Source of the DNA: a bacterium
GTDB lineage: Bacteria; JAMCPX01
Reading direction: 5' to 3'
NCBI GenBank assembly: GCA_037439545.1
Contig: JBBIVV010000011.1
Coordinates: forward strand, 9,176-61,750
Length of the DNA: 52,575 nucleotides
Under the pieces are notes generated by a model. The model was not told the origin of the DNA and did no database searches. It worked only from the letters and a program-made list of their open reading frames with translations. The position numbers and the translations under genes are program-made. Below, one piece after another: positions 1-9,761 of this stretch (positions within the stretch are counted from its first letter, which is position 1; every line of letters begins with the position of its first letter).

Positions 1-238
1 TATAAATTCCGACCGCTCCAATGCAGGGCATTCCCTTTGAATAGAAGCGATCTGCAGGACATTAATTACCAGTGTAAATTCAGATTTAAAGATCCATAGT
101 ATAGACTCAGAAAGTATTTGAAAAACGGAAATTTGTCGTCTATAGTCATGGCATGAACAAATATTCAAAAAATTGTTTCTTGGGTATTTACAAAGCAGGA
201 CAATAGTATAAAACTCACACCTTAAAAAGGAGGATAAA

Positions 239-1123
239 ATGAGTGATGTCAATCTAAAGGGTATTCCAGCCGGACTTTATCAAACACGGGTATTCAAAAT
301 TTTCATGGTCATGATAATTGCGGCCTTCATGACAGGTATATCAGCGGCGGACGAATTTCATTTTGCGACAACAGATTTGGCTCCAGAGACAACATGGCAA
401 CCAAAGCCTGATATACTCAAAGAAGCCTTCAAGACCACACTTTTGGCTGCGGATGCAATAAACAATATAAATAAAGGCGTAGCCGTATGTAATGATTATA
501 TCAAAGCCAACCCGGGCGACAAAGAGGGAATTGTCGACGCATATGTCATCATGGCACAGAGCTATTTTAATCTTGGGGAGTATCAGACCTCTGAAGATGA
601 ACGGCTGAAAAGCTATACAGCAGGTAAAGACGCTGCGGATGAGATTATAAAACGAGCTCCCGATAGATGGGACGGCTGGGCATGGTATGCCGTAAACCTC
701 GGCCGTATCAGTCAGTTAAAAGGCGTGATAAAGTCATTATTCCTTATGGAACCGTTCAAGAAACATATCTTTCAGGCGGAGAAACTTGCACCCAACAGCT
801 CAATTGTTCTCGCTGCCATCGGTGACATGTACCGCCAGCTTCCCTGGATAGCAGGCGGGAGTATGAAGAAATCGAACGAATATCTCGAGAAGGCAGTTAA
901 GGTAGATCCGCATGCCACTCTTGCTAAATTCGATCTTGCCATCACTCTTCTGGAGGACGGTAAAAAGGAAATGGCAAAAGAACTTCTGACCGAAGTGATC
1001 AATGCAAAAAATTCGTCATGGGCAGCCCACTGGCAGGTATGGGAAAAGCCGAGAGCAGAGGAACTCCTGAACGATATTGATAATTACAAGAAGCTTCTGG
1101 ATAAATGGCATATGCTGATTTGA
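239..1123 (+). CDS. Exported TPR-repeat protein (TatT/T-component-like helical repeat)
   Basis: 294-aa ORF with AGGAGG SD. Hydrophobic N-terminal stretch and TPR-like helices (WYAVNLGR..., YRQLPWIAGGS...YLEKAVKVDP). Confidence 0.6.
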   Translation: MSDVNLKGIPAGLYQTRVFKIFMVMIIAAFMTGISAADEFHFATTDLAPETTWQPKPDILKEAFKTTLLAADAINNINKGVAVCNDYIKANPGDKEGIVDAYVIMAQSYFNLGEYQTSEDERLKSYTAGKDAADEIIKRAPDRWDGWAWYAVNLGRISQLKGVIKSLFLMEPFKKHIFQAEKLAPNSSIVLAAIGDMYRQLPWIAGGSMKKSNEYLEKAVKVDPHATLAKFDLAITLLEDGKKEMAKELLTEVINAKNSSWAAHWQVWEKPRAEELLNDIDNYKKLLDKWHMLI

Positions 1124-1261
1124 GAGGAGCATGAGACCGATCGAAGAAAGTAAGGAGATGGGCTGTGGAAGAGAAGTACAGGAAAGTTGTAGATCGATTA
1201 TACGAAAATCCGGCTGCAAAAAAGGAATGACGAACGCGAACATTCCCTGTAATCCTGCATA

Positions 1262-1290
1262 TTGACTTCCATGACAATTGGCTTTAAACT
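1262..1290 (+). promoter_or_regulatory. Putative sigma70 promoter of htpX
   Basis: TTGACT (1262-1267), 17-bp spacer, TAAACT (1285-1290), upstream of the AAGGAG SD. Confidence 0.6.
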
Positions 1291-1329
1291 TTCTATAGAG
1301 ACATAAGAAATAGAAAGGAGTTCGTGAGT

Positions 1330-2175
1330 ATGAATCAATTTAAAACAGTGCTGCTTCTCGGTACGCTTACGGGGTTGCTGGTAATTATCGGCGGAGCACT
1401 CGGCGGTGAGAACGGCATGCTGATAGCATTCTTCATTGCACTTGCGATGAATTTTTTCAGCTACTGGTTCTCTGATAAAATAGTGCTGGCCATGTACAGG
1501 GCAAAAGAAATCTCCGAGCCGGATGCCCCAAGGTTATTTTATATCGTGAGAAAGCTTACGACGAAGGCAGGCCTGCCTATGCCGAGGCTGTATCTTATAC
1601 AGAAGCCTACGCCGAATGCTTTCGCCACAGGACGTAATCCCGAACATTCAGCGGTTGCCGTTACACAGGGTCTGCTCGATATATTGAATGAAGATGAGAT
1701 GGAAGGTGTGCTTGGCCATGAACTCTCGCATGTAAGTCACAGGGACATTCTTATAAGCAGTATATCCGCGACCATAGCCGGTGCGATTATCATGCTTGCT
1801 CGCATGGCGATGTTTGCAGGTATATTCGGCGGATTCAATGACAGGGACAGGAACAACAATGTATTCGTGATGCTCTTCTTCGCATTACTCGCGCCTGTTG
1901 CTGCGAGTGTTATTCAACTGGCAATATCGAGGTCGAGGGAATTCTATGCCGATGAGGGGAGTGCGCAGCTTGCCGGTAACCCGAACGCATTGATCTCCGC
2001 TTTAAAAAAACTCGAATACGGGAACCGGAGGATACCGATGGAATCAAATCCGTCGACAGCGCATATGTTCATAGTGGCGCCCTTTCTCGGAAAGGGTGTG
2101 GCATCGCTTTTCAGTACGCATCCTCCCATAGAGGCAAGGATTGATAGATTAGAGAAAATGATCTATATTAAGTGA
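1330..2175 (+). CDS. htpX: Zinc metalloprotease HtpX (M48)
   Basis: PNAFATGRNP, HELSH zinc motif, SRSREFYAD, FSTHPP. ATG 1330 is better spaced from the SD than GTG 1324. Confidence 0.95.
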   Translation: MNQFKTVLLLGTLTGLLVIIGGALGGENGMLIAFFIALAMNFFSYWFSDKIVLAMYRAKEISEPDAPRLFYIVRKLTTKAGLPMPRLYLIQKPTPNAFATGRNPEHSAVAVTQGLLDILNEDEMEGVLGHELSHVSHRDILISSISATIAGAIIMLARMAMFAGIFGGFNDRDRNNNVFVMLFFALLAPVAASVIQLAISRSREFYADEGSAQLAGNPNALISALKKLEYGNRRIPMESNPSTAHMFIVAPFLGKGVASLFSTHPPIEARIDRLEKMIYIK

Positions 2176-2191
2176 TAAAAGAAGGCGGGAG

Positions 2192-4492
2192 ATGTTCGAC
2201 TTAACCAATTATAAAGACAGACTTGCAGAGCGGACTCAGGCAATGATCAATCTTGCGATCGATGAATCCAAAAAGCGTCAGCAGTTTTATATCGGTGTCG
2301 AGCATTTATTCCTTGCTTTTATGACCGTCGAGAAAGAATTCTACAACGATCTCACCAATGCCCTCGGCATTGAGCGGAAATTGATAGAAGATTTGCTCAA
2401 GGAACATCTGAACAATTCAAAATACTTCGTGACGAGGGGCGTTAAATTCCTGCCCGATGCGACGACCATATTGCAGATTGCGTGGGAGAATATAAGACGG
2501 GATGGGAAGCAGGTCGTGATGCCGGTCGATCTTTTTCAGGCGATGTTCGAAGAAGGACACTGCTATCCCGTACAGTTGCTCCGCGGGTTCGGCTATGACC
2601 CGAGGGCGGTCATCATAGAGATAGAAAGACAGGTAAAGAAACGCGAAGAAAAAGAAAAAGAATTAAAGAAGAAATATGAGCTTCCTCCCTATTTGAAACA
2701 ATTCGGGACCAACCTCAACAAACTTGCACGTCTCGATAAGCTGCCGCCTTTGATAGGTCGGGAAAAAGAGTTGAGCCAGATCATGGAGATCCTGTCGCAC
2801 AAAGAGAGAAGCAATTCCGTAATGCTCGTCGGTGAAGCGGGTGTCGGGAAGACAGCCATTGTAGAAGGTCTTGCACGATTGATAGAGCTCGAGCCGGAAA
2901 GGATCCCTCAGAGGCTGCAGGACAAGCAGGTCGTCAATCTGCAGATGAATACGATCGTGGCGGGAACAATGTTCAGAGGTATGTTCGAAGACAGGATTGA
3001 ACGGATTATCAAAGAGCTGAAAGAGAAACAAAACATTATACTGTTTATCGATGAGGCACACAGTCTCGTCGGTGCAGGTTCTGCAATGGGTGTGCCCAGC
3101 GATGCGGCAAACATATTCAAATCGAGTCTTGCAAGGGGCGAAGTCCAGATGATCGGAGCAACGACCTATACCGAGTACAAGGAATTTATTGCAGAGGATG
3201 AAGCCCTCTCGAGGAGATTCAGGCTTGTTCATGTGAAAGAACCGTCGGTTGCCGAGGCAAGGACTATCCTTGAAGGTGTGATACCGAGGCTTGAAAAGCT
3301 CTATTCCGTGACCATACCGCAGGAGGCAGTCGATACTGCCATTGAAATGAGCAGGAGGTATAACAGATCGGTAAGGCTTCCGGATAAGGTCATAGGATGG
3401 CTCGACACATCATCCGTTAAAACCGAGATAAAGAATGAAGAGGTAGTGGCAATAGATACGGTTAAGGAGGTCATTGCACAGGAATCCCAGATACCGCTCG
3501 ATATGGTATTCAGGGACACTGCACACAGGTTTATGAATATAGAAGAGATACTTTCCAGAAGGGTCATAGGACAGCAGGACGCCATCAGGAAAGTGACAGA
3601 CCGTATCAGGCTGAATAAAGGTCCGTTAAAAGAAAACTACAACAGGCCTGACGGCGTGCTTTTGTTCCTCGGTCCAACGGGTGTCGGCAAGACAGAACTT
3701 GCAAAGGCGCTTGCAGAATTTTTCTATGAAGATGAAAATAAAATTATACGGATCGATATGTCGGAGTACGGTGATTCTTCTATAGCCATAGATAAGCTTA
3801 TAGGCATGCCGAGGGGCATCGTAGGCTCTGAGAGGGGCGGCACGCTCACGAACATGATCAAGGACAATCCGTCTTCCGTCGTCCTCCTCGACGAGATAGA
3901 AAAGGCGAATAGTTATGTCCATAATCTTCTTCTGCAGGTATTTGACGAAGGCTGGCTTACAGACGGCAGAGGGAAAAAGGTATATTTCAGCGATGCGGTC
4001 ATAGTCATGACGAGCAATCTTGGTTCCGATCAGTTCAAGAAATTTATGCAGCCTCTCGGATTTCTCAACGATTCGCAGCAGGGGCTCGATTCGATGCGCA
4101 AATCCGTCATTGCAGAGGCAGAAAGGATGTTTTCCCCGGAATTCATGAACAGGGTGGATGAGGTCATTGTTTTCAATCCCCTGAAGCACGAAACGGTCAA
4201 GGAGATTGCACTTAACTACATAAACCAGATTACAAAACAAATGGAAAAACAGGGCAGGTATCTGTCGGTAACGGAAGAAGCACTCAATCATATCGTCAAT
4301 AACGGCTACAGTCAGAAGTATGGGGCACGGTTGTTGAAGAGAACAATCGATCAACTTATAAAGATACCGTTGACCTTCCATTGGGACAAAGGCAATAGGT
4401 TTACCATCCAGATGAACGAAGGTGAAATAGACGTCAAAGTAGATTTCGATACTGTGCCTTCTCACCCGGAACTCGCTTCCTTAATAACCTGA
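2192..4492 (+). CDS. ClpA/ClpC-like two-ring AAA+ ATPase (Hsp100) with atypical pore loops
   Basis: Clp N-domain (EHLFLA), two Walker A motifs (GEAGVGKT, GPTGVGKT), Walker B motifs (FIDEAH, LLDEIEKA), LGF loop, YGARLLKR. Confidence 0.9.
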   Translation: MFDLTNYKDRLAERTQAMINLAIDESKKRQQFYIGVEHLFLAFMTVEKEFYNDLTNALGIERKLIEDLLKEHLNNSKYFVTRGVKFLPDATTILQIAWENIRRDGKQVVMPVDLFQAMFEEGHCYPVQLLRGFGYDPRAVIIEIERQVKKREEKEKELKKKYELPPYLKQFGTNLNKLARLDKLPPLIGREKELSQIMEILSHKERSNSVMLVGEAGVGKTAIVEGLARLIELEPERIPQRLQDKQVVNLQMNTIVAGTMFRGMFEDRIERIIKELKEKQNIILFIDEAHSLVGAGSAMGVPSDAANIFKSSLARGEVQMIGATTYTEYKEFIAEDEALSRRFRLVHVKEPSVAEARTILEGVIPRLEKLYSVTIPQEAVDTAIEMSRRYNRSVRLPDKVIGWLDTSSVKTEIKNEEVVAIDTVKEVIAQESQIPLDMVFRDTAHRFMNIEEILSRRVIGQQDAIRKVTDRIRLNKGPLKENYNRPDGVLLFLGPTGVGKTELAKALAEFFYEDENKIIRIDMSEYGDSSIAIDKLIGMPRGIVGSERGGTLTNMIKDNPSSVVLLDEIEKANSYVHNLLLQVFDEGWLTDGRGKKVYFSDAVIVMTSNLGSDQFKKFMQPLGFLNDSQQGLDSMRKSVIAEAERMFSPEFMNRVDEVIVFNPLKHETVKEIALNYINQITKQMEKQGRYLSVTEEALNHIVNNGYSQKYGARLLKRTIDQLIKIPLTFHWDKGNRFTIQMNEGEIDVKVDFDTVPSHPELASLIT

Positions 4493-4564
4493 TTCCGTCA
4501 TCAGAGAAGTATTTCCCGTTCTGCAATAGATGCCGTCAATAATAGAATAAAAGGGGTGTATTCT

Positions 4565-5497
4565 ATGATCGAGTTGAAAAATATAACAAAAAAATATGGT
4601 AACAGGACAGTGCTGAACAACATCTCATTTAAGGTTGAAAAAAACGAGGTGCTCGGTTTTCTTGGACCGAACGGTGCTGGCAAAACCACGACGATGCGCA
4701 TCATAACAGGTTATTTATCTCCCTTATCCGGCGATGTGATGGTGGACGGGTATGATATAAAGAAGGCGTCCGTTCCTATAAGAAGTATGATCGGCTATCT
4801 CCCGGAGCTTGCTCCTGCTTATCAGGAAATGACTGTGACGGGATATTTAAAATTTATGGCAGAGATAAAGGGGCTGTCCGGCGCAGACATAAAAAAAGCG
4901 ACAGACCGTGTGGTTGAGAAGATCAGTCTTGACAAGGTAAGTGACAGGATCATAGGTAACTTATCGCGCGGGTACAGGCAAAGGACCGGTATTGCACAGG
5001 CGTTGTTAAGCGACCCGCCTATTCTCATACTCGATGAGCCGACCGTAGGACTCGATCCCGAACAGATTATAGAAACAAGGAACCTGATAAAAGAACTTGG
5101 AAAGAATCATACCATTATCTTAAGTACTCATATACTCCCTGAGGTCACGGTAACCTGCACCAGGGTCCTTGTGATAAACGACGGTAAGCTGCTTGCAGGC
5201 GGTGATTATAATATGCTTTCAGATACTATTTATGGTGAAAAGATGTATCGTCTCGTGACGACAAAACAGGATGACAGAATTCCTCCCCTGATCAGGTCCA
5301 TAAAGGGTATAAAGGGGGTAGAGACGGACAAGGGCTGCTTTGTAATCAACATGGAGCGCAGCTTCAAGAATCCGGAGCTTATCACAGACGCAGTTTTTAA
5401 AGCCGGATATTCGATTGTTGAGTTTTCGTCAAGGACAGTCAGTCTTGAAGAGGTATATATGAAATTGATCTCGCAGGACAGGGGAGGCTTACAATGA
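4565..5497 (+). CDS. ABC transporter ATP-binding subunit (GldA-like)
   Basis: GPNGAGKTT, LSRGYRQR signature, ILDEPTVGLDP, STH. Confidence 0.9.
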   Translation: MIELKNITKKYGNRTVLNNISFKVEKNEVLGFLGPNGAGKTTTMRIITGYLSPLSGDVMVDGYDIKKASVPIRSMIGYLPELAPAYQEMTVTGYLKFMAEIKGLSGADIKKATDRVVEKISLDKVSDRIIGNLSRGYRQRTGIAQALLSDPPILILDEPTVGLDPEQIIETRNLIKELGKNHTIILSTHILPEVTVTCTRVLVINDGKLLAGGDYNMLSDTIYGEKMYRLVTTKQDDRIPPLIRSIKGIKGVETDKGCFVINMERSFKNPELITDAVFKAGYSIVEFSSRTVSLEEVYMKLISQDRGGLQ

Positions 5498-6270
5498 ACC
5501 TCAAAAAGATACGGTCGATCGCAAAAAGAGAACTGGTTTCTTCTTTCGCATCTCCGGTGGCTTATGTGATACTTGCAATATTTGCTTTTTTCTCAGGCTA
5601 TTTCTTCTACGTAAGAATTCAGATGTATAGCTTTATTAGCCTTCAGTATATGAGGTATCAGGGGTATAGTGCGTCTATAAACATCGATGATTATATCGTG
5701 AAACCGCTGTATGCAAATCTCGCGGTGATCCTGCTGATGCTGATACCGGTTATTACCATGAAGTCCTTTGCAGAAGAGAAAAAAAACGGAACAAAAGAAC
5801 TCATCATGACATTACCGGTAACACTCACGGACATTCTGCTCGGTAAGTTTATTTCAGCATGCATGATATTGGCCGCCATGCTCGCCCTTACTTTTCCAAT
5901 ACCATTATTTTTAACAATCTATGGCTCCCTTGATAGGGGAGCGATCCTGACCACATACATCGGGATGTTTTTTATGGGCTCTGCCATGATTTCTATCGGT
6001 ATGTTCGCTTCAAGCATTACGGAGAATCAGGTGGTGGCTGCGGTCATTGCCTTTGGACTTTTGCTTTTATTCTGGTCAATAGGATGGGGGTCTTACGGAG
6101 CCAATCCCAGGCTGACATCTTTTCTCAGGTATCTGTCACTCGTAGATATACATTTTCAGGACCTTATCAAAGGGATCATCGATACAAGAGACATGGTATA
6201 TTATCTGAGTGTTTTATTCTCTTTTCTGTTTCTCACACACAGGGTCTTAGAATCGGAGAGATGGAGGTAA
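5494..6270 (+). CDS. ABC-2 type permease (GldF-like)
   Basis: RELVSSFASPVAYV, TMKSFAEEKKNGT, multiple TM helices, C-terminal LESERWR. ATGA overlap with the ATPase gene. Confidence 0.88.
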   Translation: MNLKKIRSIAKRELVSSFASPVAYVILAIFAFFSGYFFYVRIQMYSFISLQYMRYQGYSASINIDDYIVKPLYANLAVILLMLIPVITMKSFAEEKKNGTKELIMTLPVTLTDILLGKFISACMILAAMLALTFPIPLFLTIYGSLDRGAILTTYIGMFFMGSAMISIGMFASSITENQVVAAVIAFGLLLLFWSIGWGSYGANPRLTSFLRYLSLVDIHFQDLIKGIIDTRDMVYYLSVLFSFLFLTHRVLESERWR

Positions 6271-6274
6271 TCGT

Positions 6275-7612
6275 ATGAAAAGAGCGTCATGGATTATAGG
6301 GGGAGTCTTCGTGGTCCTCGGATTAGTATCCGTTATCAATTACCTGTCGTCGGATTATTACAAGAGATGGGATTTAACAGCGGGCAGCAGGTTTACCCTT
6401 TCCAATGAAAGTGATAAAGTCCTCGGTCAGGTCAGACAAAAGCTTAAGGTTACCGCATTCTTTCAGGCCGGCACAAGCGCTCCTATCAGGGATTTGCTTG
6501 CAGAATATGCGTATGTGAACAGGCTCGTACACTATGAGATTATAGATCCCGACAAAATGCCGACCGTTGCAAAGCATTACGATATAACTACCGATGGGAC
6601 CGTCGTTTTACAGTACAAGGGTAAGACGGTAAAGAGCGAACAGGCCGACGAGAACGGTATAACGAATGCAATTATAAAGTTACTGAGGAACAGGACCATA
6701 GACGTCTGCTACCTGACAGGTCATGGAGAAAGGGATCTGTCGGATACGACCGGGGATTATGGATATGGGTCTTTCAAGCAGGCATTGATCGATCAGGATT
6801 ATAATGTCACCGAGCTCCTACTCCCGGCTGCTGCTTCAATACCGGCATCGTGTACCCTTGTCGTAGATGCAGGAGCCGAAAAGCGGTTTTTGCCTAAAGA
6901 GCTTACCATGATCAGGGATTATCTCGAGGGAGGAGGATACCTCTTCGTAATGATAGATCCCGAAACGAAAACAGGCCTTTCTGAATTCCTCTCGAAGTAT
7001 GGAATAAATGTCGGAAATAATGTCGTTATTGACCAGGTGGTCAGGTTGTTTCAGGGACCGGGCATCGGTGTCGAGCCCATTATAACACGGTACAGCAATG
7101 AAAGTGCCATAACAAAAGACTTTAAAGGTACAACGATCTTCCCGCTCGTAAGAACTGTAGACAAAGAAAAAACTAACAGCCGAAAATTCGATATTGTCTC
7201 TCTTGCTCAGACAAGCAAAACAAGCTGGACAGACGTGGATCTGAAGACCCTGTTCAGCAGGGGAACTGCTCACGTGGAGCGGAAGGACATGAAAGGGCCT
7301 TTCAGCGTGGCTGTGGCAGGTACATTGAAATCCGGCGGCAAAACGGCACGCATTGCGGTATTCGGCACTTCAAGAATAGCTGCAAATAAATATATCACAG
7401 CGCTGTTTGATAAAGATTTTGTTATGAATACCGTAAGCTGGCTTGTCAAGGAAGAAAATCTTGTCACCATAAGACCGCAACCCGGTAACGGCCGGCAGAT
7501 GCTGCTCACGGTTATGCAGGGAAGACTGCTCTTTTACTTAACCGTTGTCCTAATCCCTGTGTTGCTTTTTCTCGGGAGTATACTTGCTTACAGAAGGATG
7601 AAGAGGTCATAG
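6275..7612 (+). CDS. GldG-family ABC auxiliary component
   Basis: N-terminal TM, RWDLT...FTLS, YLTGHGER, C-terminal TM. Follows the gldA/F-like genes. Confidence 0.88.
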   Translation: MKRASWIIGGVFVVLGLVSVINYLSSDYYKRWDLTAGSRFTLSNESDKVLGQVRQKLKVTAFFQAGTSAPIRDLLAEYAYVNRLVHYEIIDPDKMPTVAKHYDITTDGTVVLQYKGKTVKSEQADENGITNAIIKLLRNRTIDVCYLTGHGERDLSDTTGDYGYGSFKQALIDQDYNVTELLLPAAASIPASCTLVVDAGAEKRFLPKELTMIRDYLEGGGYLFVMIDPETKTGLSEFLSKYGINVGNNVVIDQVVRLFQGPGIGVEPIITRYSNESAITKDFKGTTIFPLVRTVDKEKTNSRKFDIVSLAQTSKTSWTDVDLKTLFSRGTAHVERKDMKGPFSVAVAGTLKSGGKTARIAVFGTSRIAANKYITALFDKDFVMNTVSWLVKEENLVTIRPQPGNGRQMLLTVMQGRLLFYLTVVLIPVLLFLGSILAYRRMKRS

Positions 7613-7699
7613 TCAGGGGACTTGAAAAGTTATCAGGAGTTATTAGCATAGTAATGATAAATAAGGAGTACGACAGCATTAAAAGAGGAGGGTTCATAT

Positions 7700-8134
7700 A
7701 TGGCTGGCAAGGATGAAGACGATGATATTAAGGTAAATGATAAGAGGCGTTTTAAAATGGATGATAGCGGAGAGATTGCAGATTCGGGAGAAAAACCGGA
7801 AGATATAAATGATGGACTGGATGACCGGGATACAACAGCGTATGAGTCGGGCCATGGACCGGAAGGCGGCAATGCAGAACACTTCAAAATAGGTTTTATA
7901 GATTTAATAAATTCACTTGCAGGGACAACGTTGATTCAGCTCGGTGCTGTTGCCGATCCGCAAACCAATATAATTAAAAAAGATGTTCATGCTGCGCGTC
8001 AGACCATAGACATTCTCGAGCTCCTTAAAGAGAAAACAAAAGGGAACCTTACCAATGAGGAGTCAATGATGTTTGACAATGTGCTTTTTGATCTCAGAAT
8101 GCGATATGTCTTAGTACTTGAAGGCAAAAAATAA
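7700..8134 (+). CDS. DUF1844 family protein
   Basis: IKVNDKRRF N-terminus; ARQTIDILELLKEKTKGNLTNEE...LFDLRMRYV. Confidence 0.85.
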   Translation: MAGKDEDDDIKVNDKRRFKMDDSGEIADSGEKPEDINDGLDDRDTTAYESGHGPEGGNAEHFKIGFIDLINSLAGTTLIQLGAVADPQTNIIKKDVHAARQTIDILELLKEKTKGNLTNEESMMFDNVLFDLRMRYVLVLEGKK

Positions 8135-8145
8135 GGAGAAAAAAA

Positions 8146-9672
8146 ATGAAAAAGAAAGGCTATGCGATAGTAGGTATAGGGATGCTTGTAATAGCATCGG
8201 TCGTTGCGGGATTGATTCTCGCTGCACGGTTGAATATTACGACGTCTACGAATGCTACTGAAACAAATATTTGGAGTGAAAGACCGACTGCCGGTACGAC
8301 ACAGAATTCCGAATCTTCTCAGAATTTTGTCCCGGCGACTTTTGCGCCGCTGGTAAACAAGGTAAAGGGGGCAGTGGTCAACATCTCTACGACAAAGATT
8401 ATAAAAACCAATCCAATGGCCCAGCCTTTCGGGGGACAGATGGGAGAACAGTTTAAGCAGTTCTTCGGACCTCATTTTTTTGATCAGTTCATGGGACCTG
8501 AAGGTCCTCAGGAATATAAGGAACATGCACTCGGGTCCGGATTTATTATAAACAAAGACGGCTATATACTTACCAATAACCATGTGATAGCAGGCATGAC
8601 CGATATACGCGTCATAACGGATAACGGCGAGCAGTACACGGCAAAAGTCATCGGTTCTGATCCGCAGACAGACATCGCCTTATTGAAAATTACGCCAAAG
8701 AAACCGCTCGATGTTGCATACCTCGGTGATTCGTCAAAAGTGGATGTCGGTGACTGGGTTGTCGTTATCGGCAATCCGTTCGGGCTTGATCATACAGTGA
8801 CTGCGGGTATTATCAGTGCAGAGGGAAGAAGACTGAATTCAAGCAACTATGACCAGTTCCTGCAAACAGATGCTGCGATAAACAGGGGGAATAGCGGAGG
8901 ACCGGTCTTCAACCTCAATGGCGAGGTTATTGGAATAAGTACTGCAATAATAGCACCAAGCATAGGACAGGGTATTGGGTTTGCCATACCTATAAATGTG
9001 GCAAAAACAATCATTCCACAATTAATAGAGCATGGAAAAGTCATCAGAGGCTGGCTCGGTGTATTCATACAAAATGTTACACCGGATCTTGCAGAGTCGT
9101 TCCATCTTAAAAGAGACCAGAAGGGAGCTGTCGTTACCAAAGTCGTCAAGGACGGTCCTGCTTACAAGGCCGGTATAAAAGAAGGGGATGTCATCGTAGC
9201 CTTTAACGGCACGGATGTTAAAAGTGCGGATACCCTGCCATGGGTCGTATCCAATACGCAGATTGGCAGTACGGCAAATGTAACGGTTATCAGGAATGGC
9301 AAAGAAAAGGTATTTAAGATAAAGATCGGAGCATTGCCCGGCAAAACAGAGGTGGCAAGTGCGGCACCCGAGGTCAAAAAGGTAAGTGAAAAAAAACTCG
9401 GGGTAATTGTCGAGACTATAAACCCTGATATTCAGAGGCAATACAACATTGAAGCAGACAAAGGAGTCGTCGTCACGGATGTTATTCAGGGCAGCCCTGC
9501 GGACATGGCTGGTATCCAAAAAGGCGATATCATAAGACAGGTAAACCAGAAGAACGTCAATAGTGCCGAAGAGTACGGTAAGATTTTAGCCGCTGTCAAA
9601 AGCGGACAGATGGTATCATTGCTTATCACGCGCGGCAATGCGAATATATATGTAGCAATGACGGCAGAATAA
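8146..9672 (+). CDS. DegP/DegQ (HtrA) periplasmic serine protease with two PDZ domains
   Basis: LGSGFII, TNNHV, DIALLK, TDAAINRGNSGGP; two PDZ domains; N-terminal TM/signal. Confidence 0.95.
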   Translation: MKKKGYAIVGIGMLVIASVVAGLILAARLNITTSTNATETNIWSERPTAGTTQNSESSQNFVPATFAPLVNKVKGAVVNISTTKIIKTNPMAQPFGGQMGEQFKQFFGPHFFDQFMGPEGPQEYKEHALGSGFIINKDGYILTNNHVIAGMTDIRVITDNGEQYTAKVIGSDPQTDIALLKITPKKPLDVAYLGDSSKVDVGDWVVVIGNPFGLDHTVTAGIISAEGRRLNSSNYDQFLQTDAAINRGNSGGPVFNLNGEVIGISTAIIAPSIGQGIGFAIPINVAKTIIPQLIEHGKVIRGWLGVFIQNVTPDLAESFHLKRDQKGAVVTKVVKDGPAYKAGIKEGDVIVAFNGTDVKSADTLPWVVSNTQIGSTANVTVIRNGKEKVFKIKIGALPGKTEVASAAPEVKKVSEKKLGVIVETINPDIQRQYNIEADKGVVVTDVIQGSPADMAGIQKGDIIRQVNQKNVNSAEEYGKILAAVKSGQMVSLLITRGNANIYVAMTAE

Positions 9673-9722
9673 CAGAACATCGTGTTCTGTAAAATTGATT
9701 TCAGTGTGAAGGATCTTGAATA

Positions 9723-9761
9723 TGCAGGGGTGTTCTGTGGAGCGCCCCTGCACTGTTTTTT
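9723..9761 (+). terminator. Intrinsic terminator-like hairpin after degP/Q
   Basis: TGCAGGGGTGTTC-TGTG-GAGCGCCCCTGCA stem (with G-U pairs) followed by CTGTTTTTT. Confidence 0.65.

Noticed and set aside
1..238. Possible gene fragment running off the left edge on the minus strand
   Set aside because: An open frame exists, but there is no clear start signal or recognisable motif.
3626..4465. Long antisense ORFs (3626-4465, 2663-3232, 45439-46170, 35324-35932, 7999-8583 and others)
   Set aside because: They are shadow frames opposite well-conserved genes, with no recognisable motifs or start signals.
7640..7680. TTAGCA... as a CIRCE (HrcA) element within the protease cluster
   Set aside because: It does not match TTAGCACTC-N9-GAGTGCTAA; the right arm is missing.
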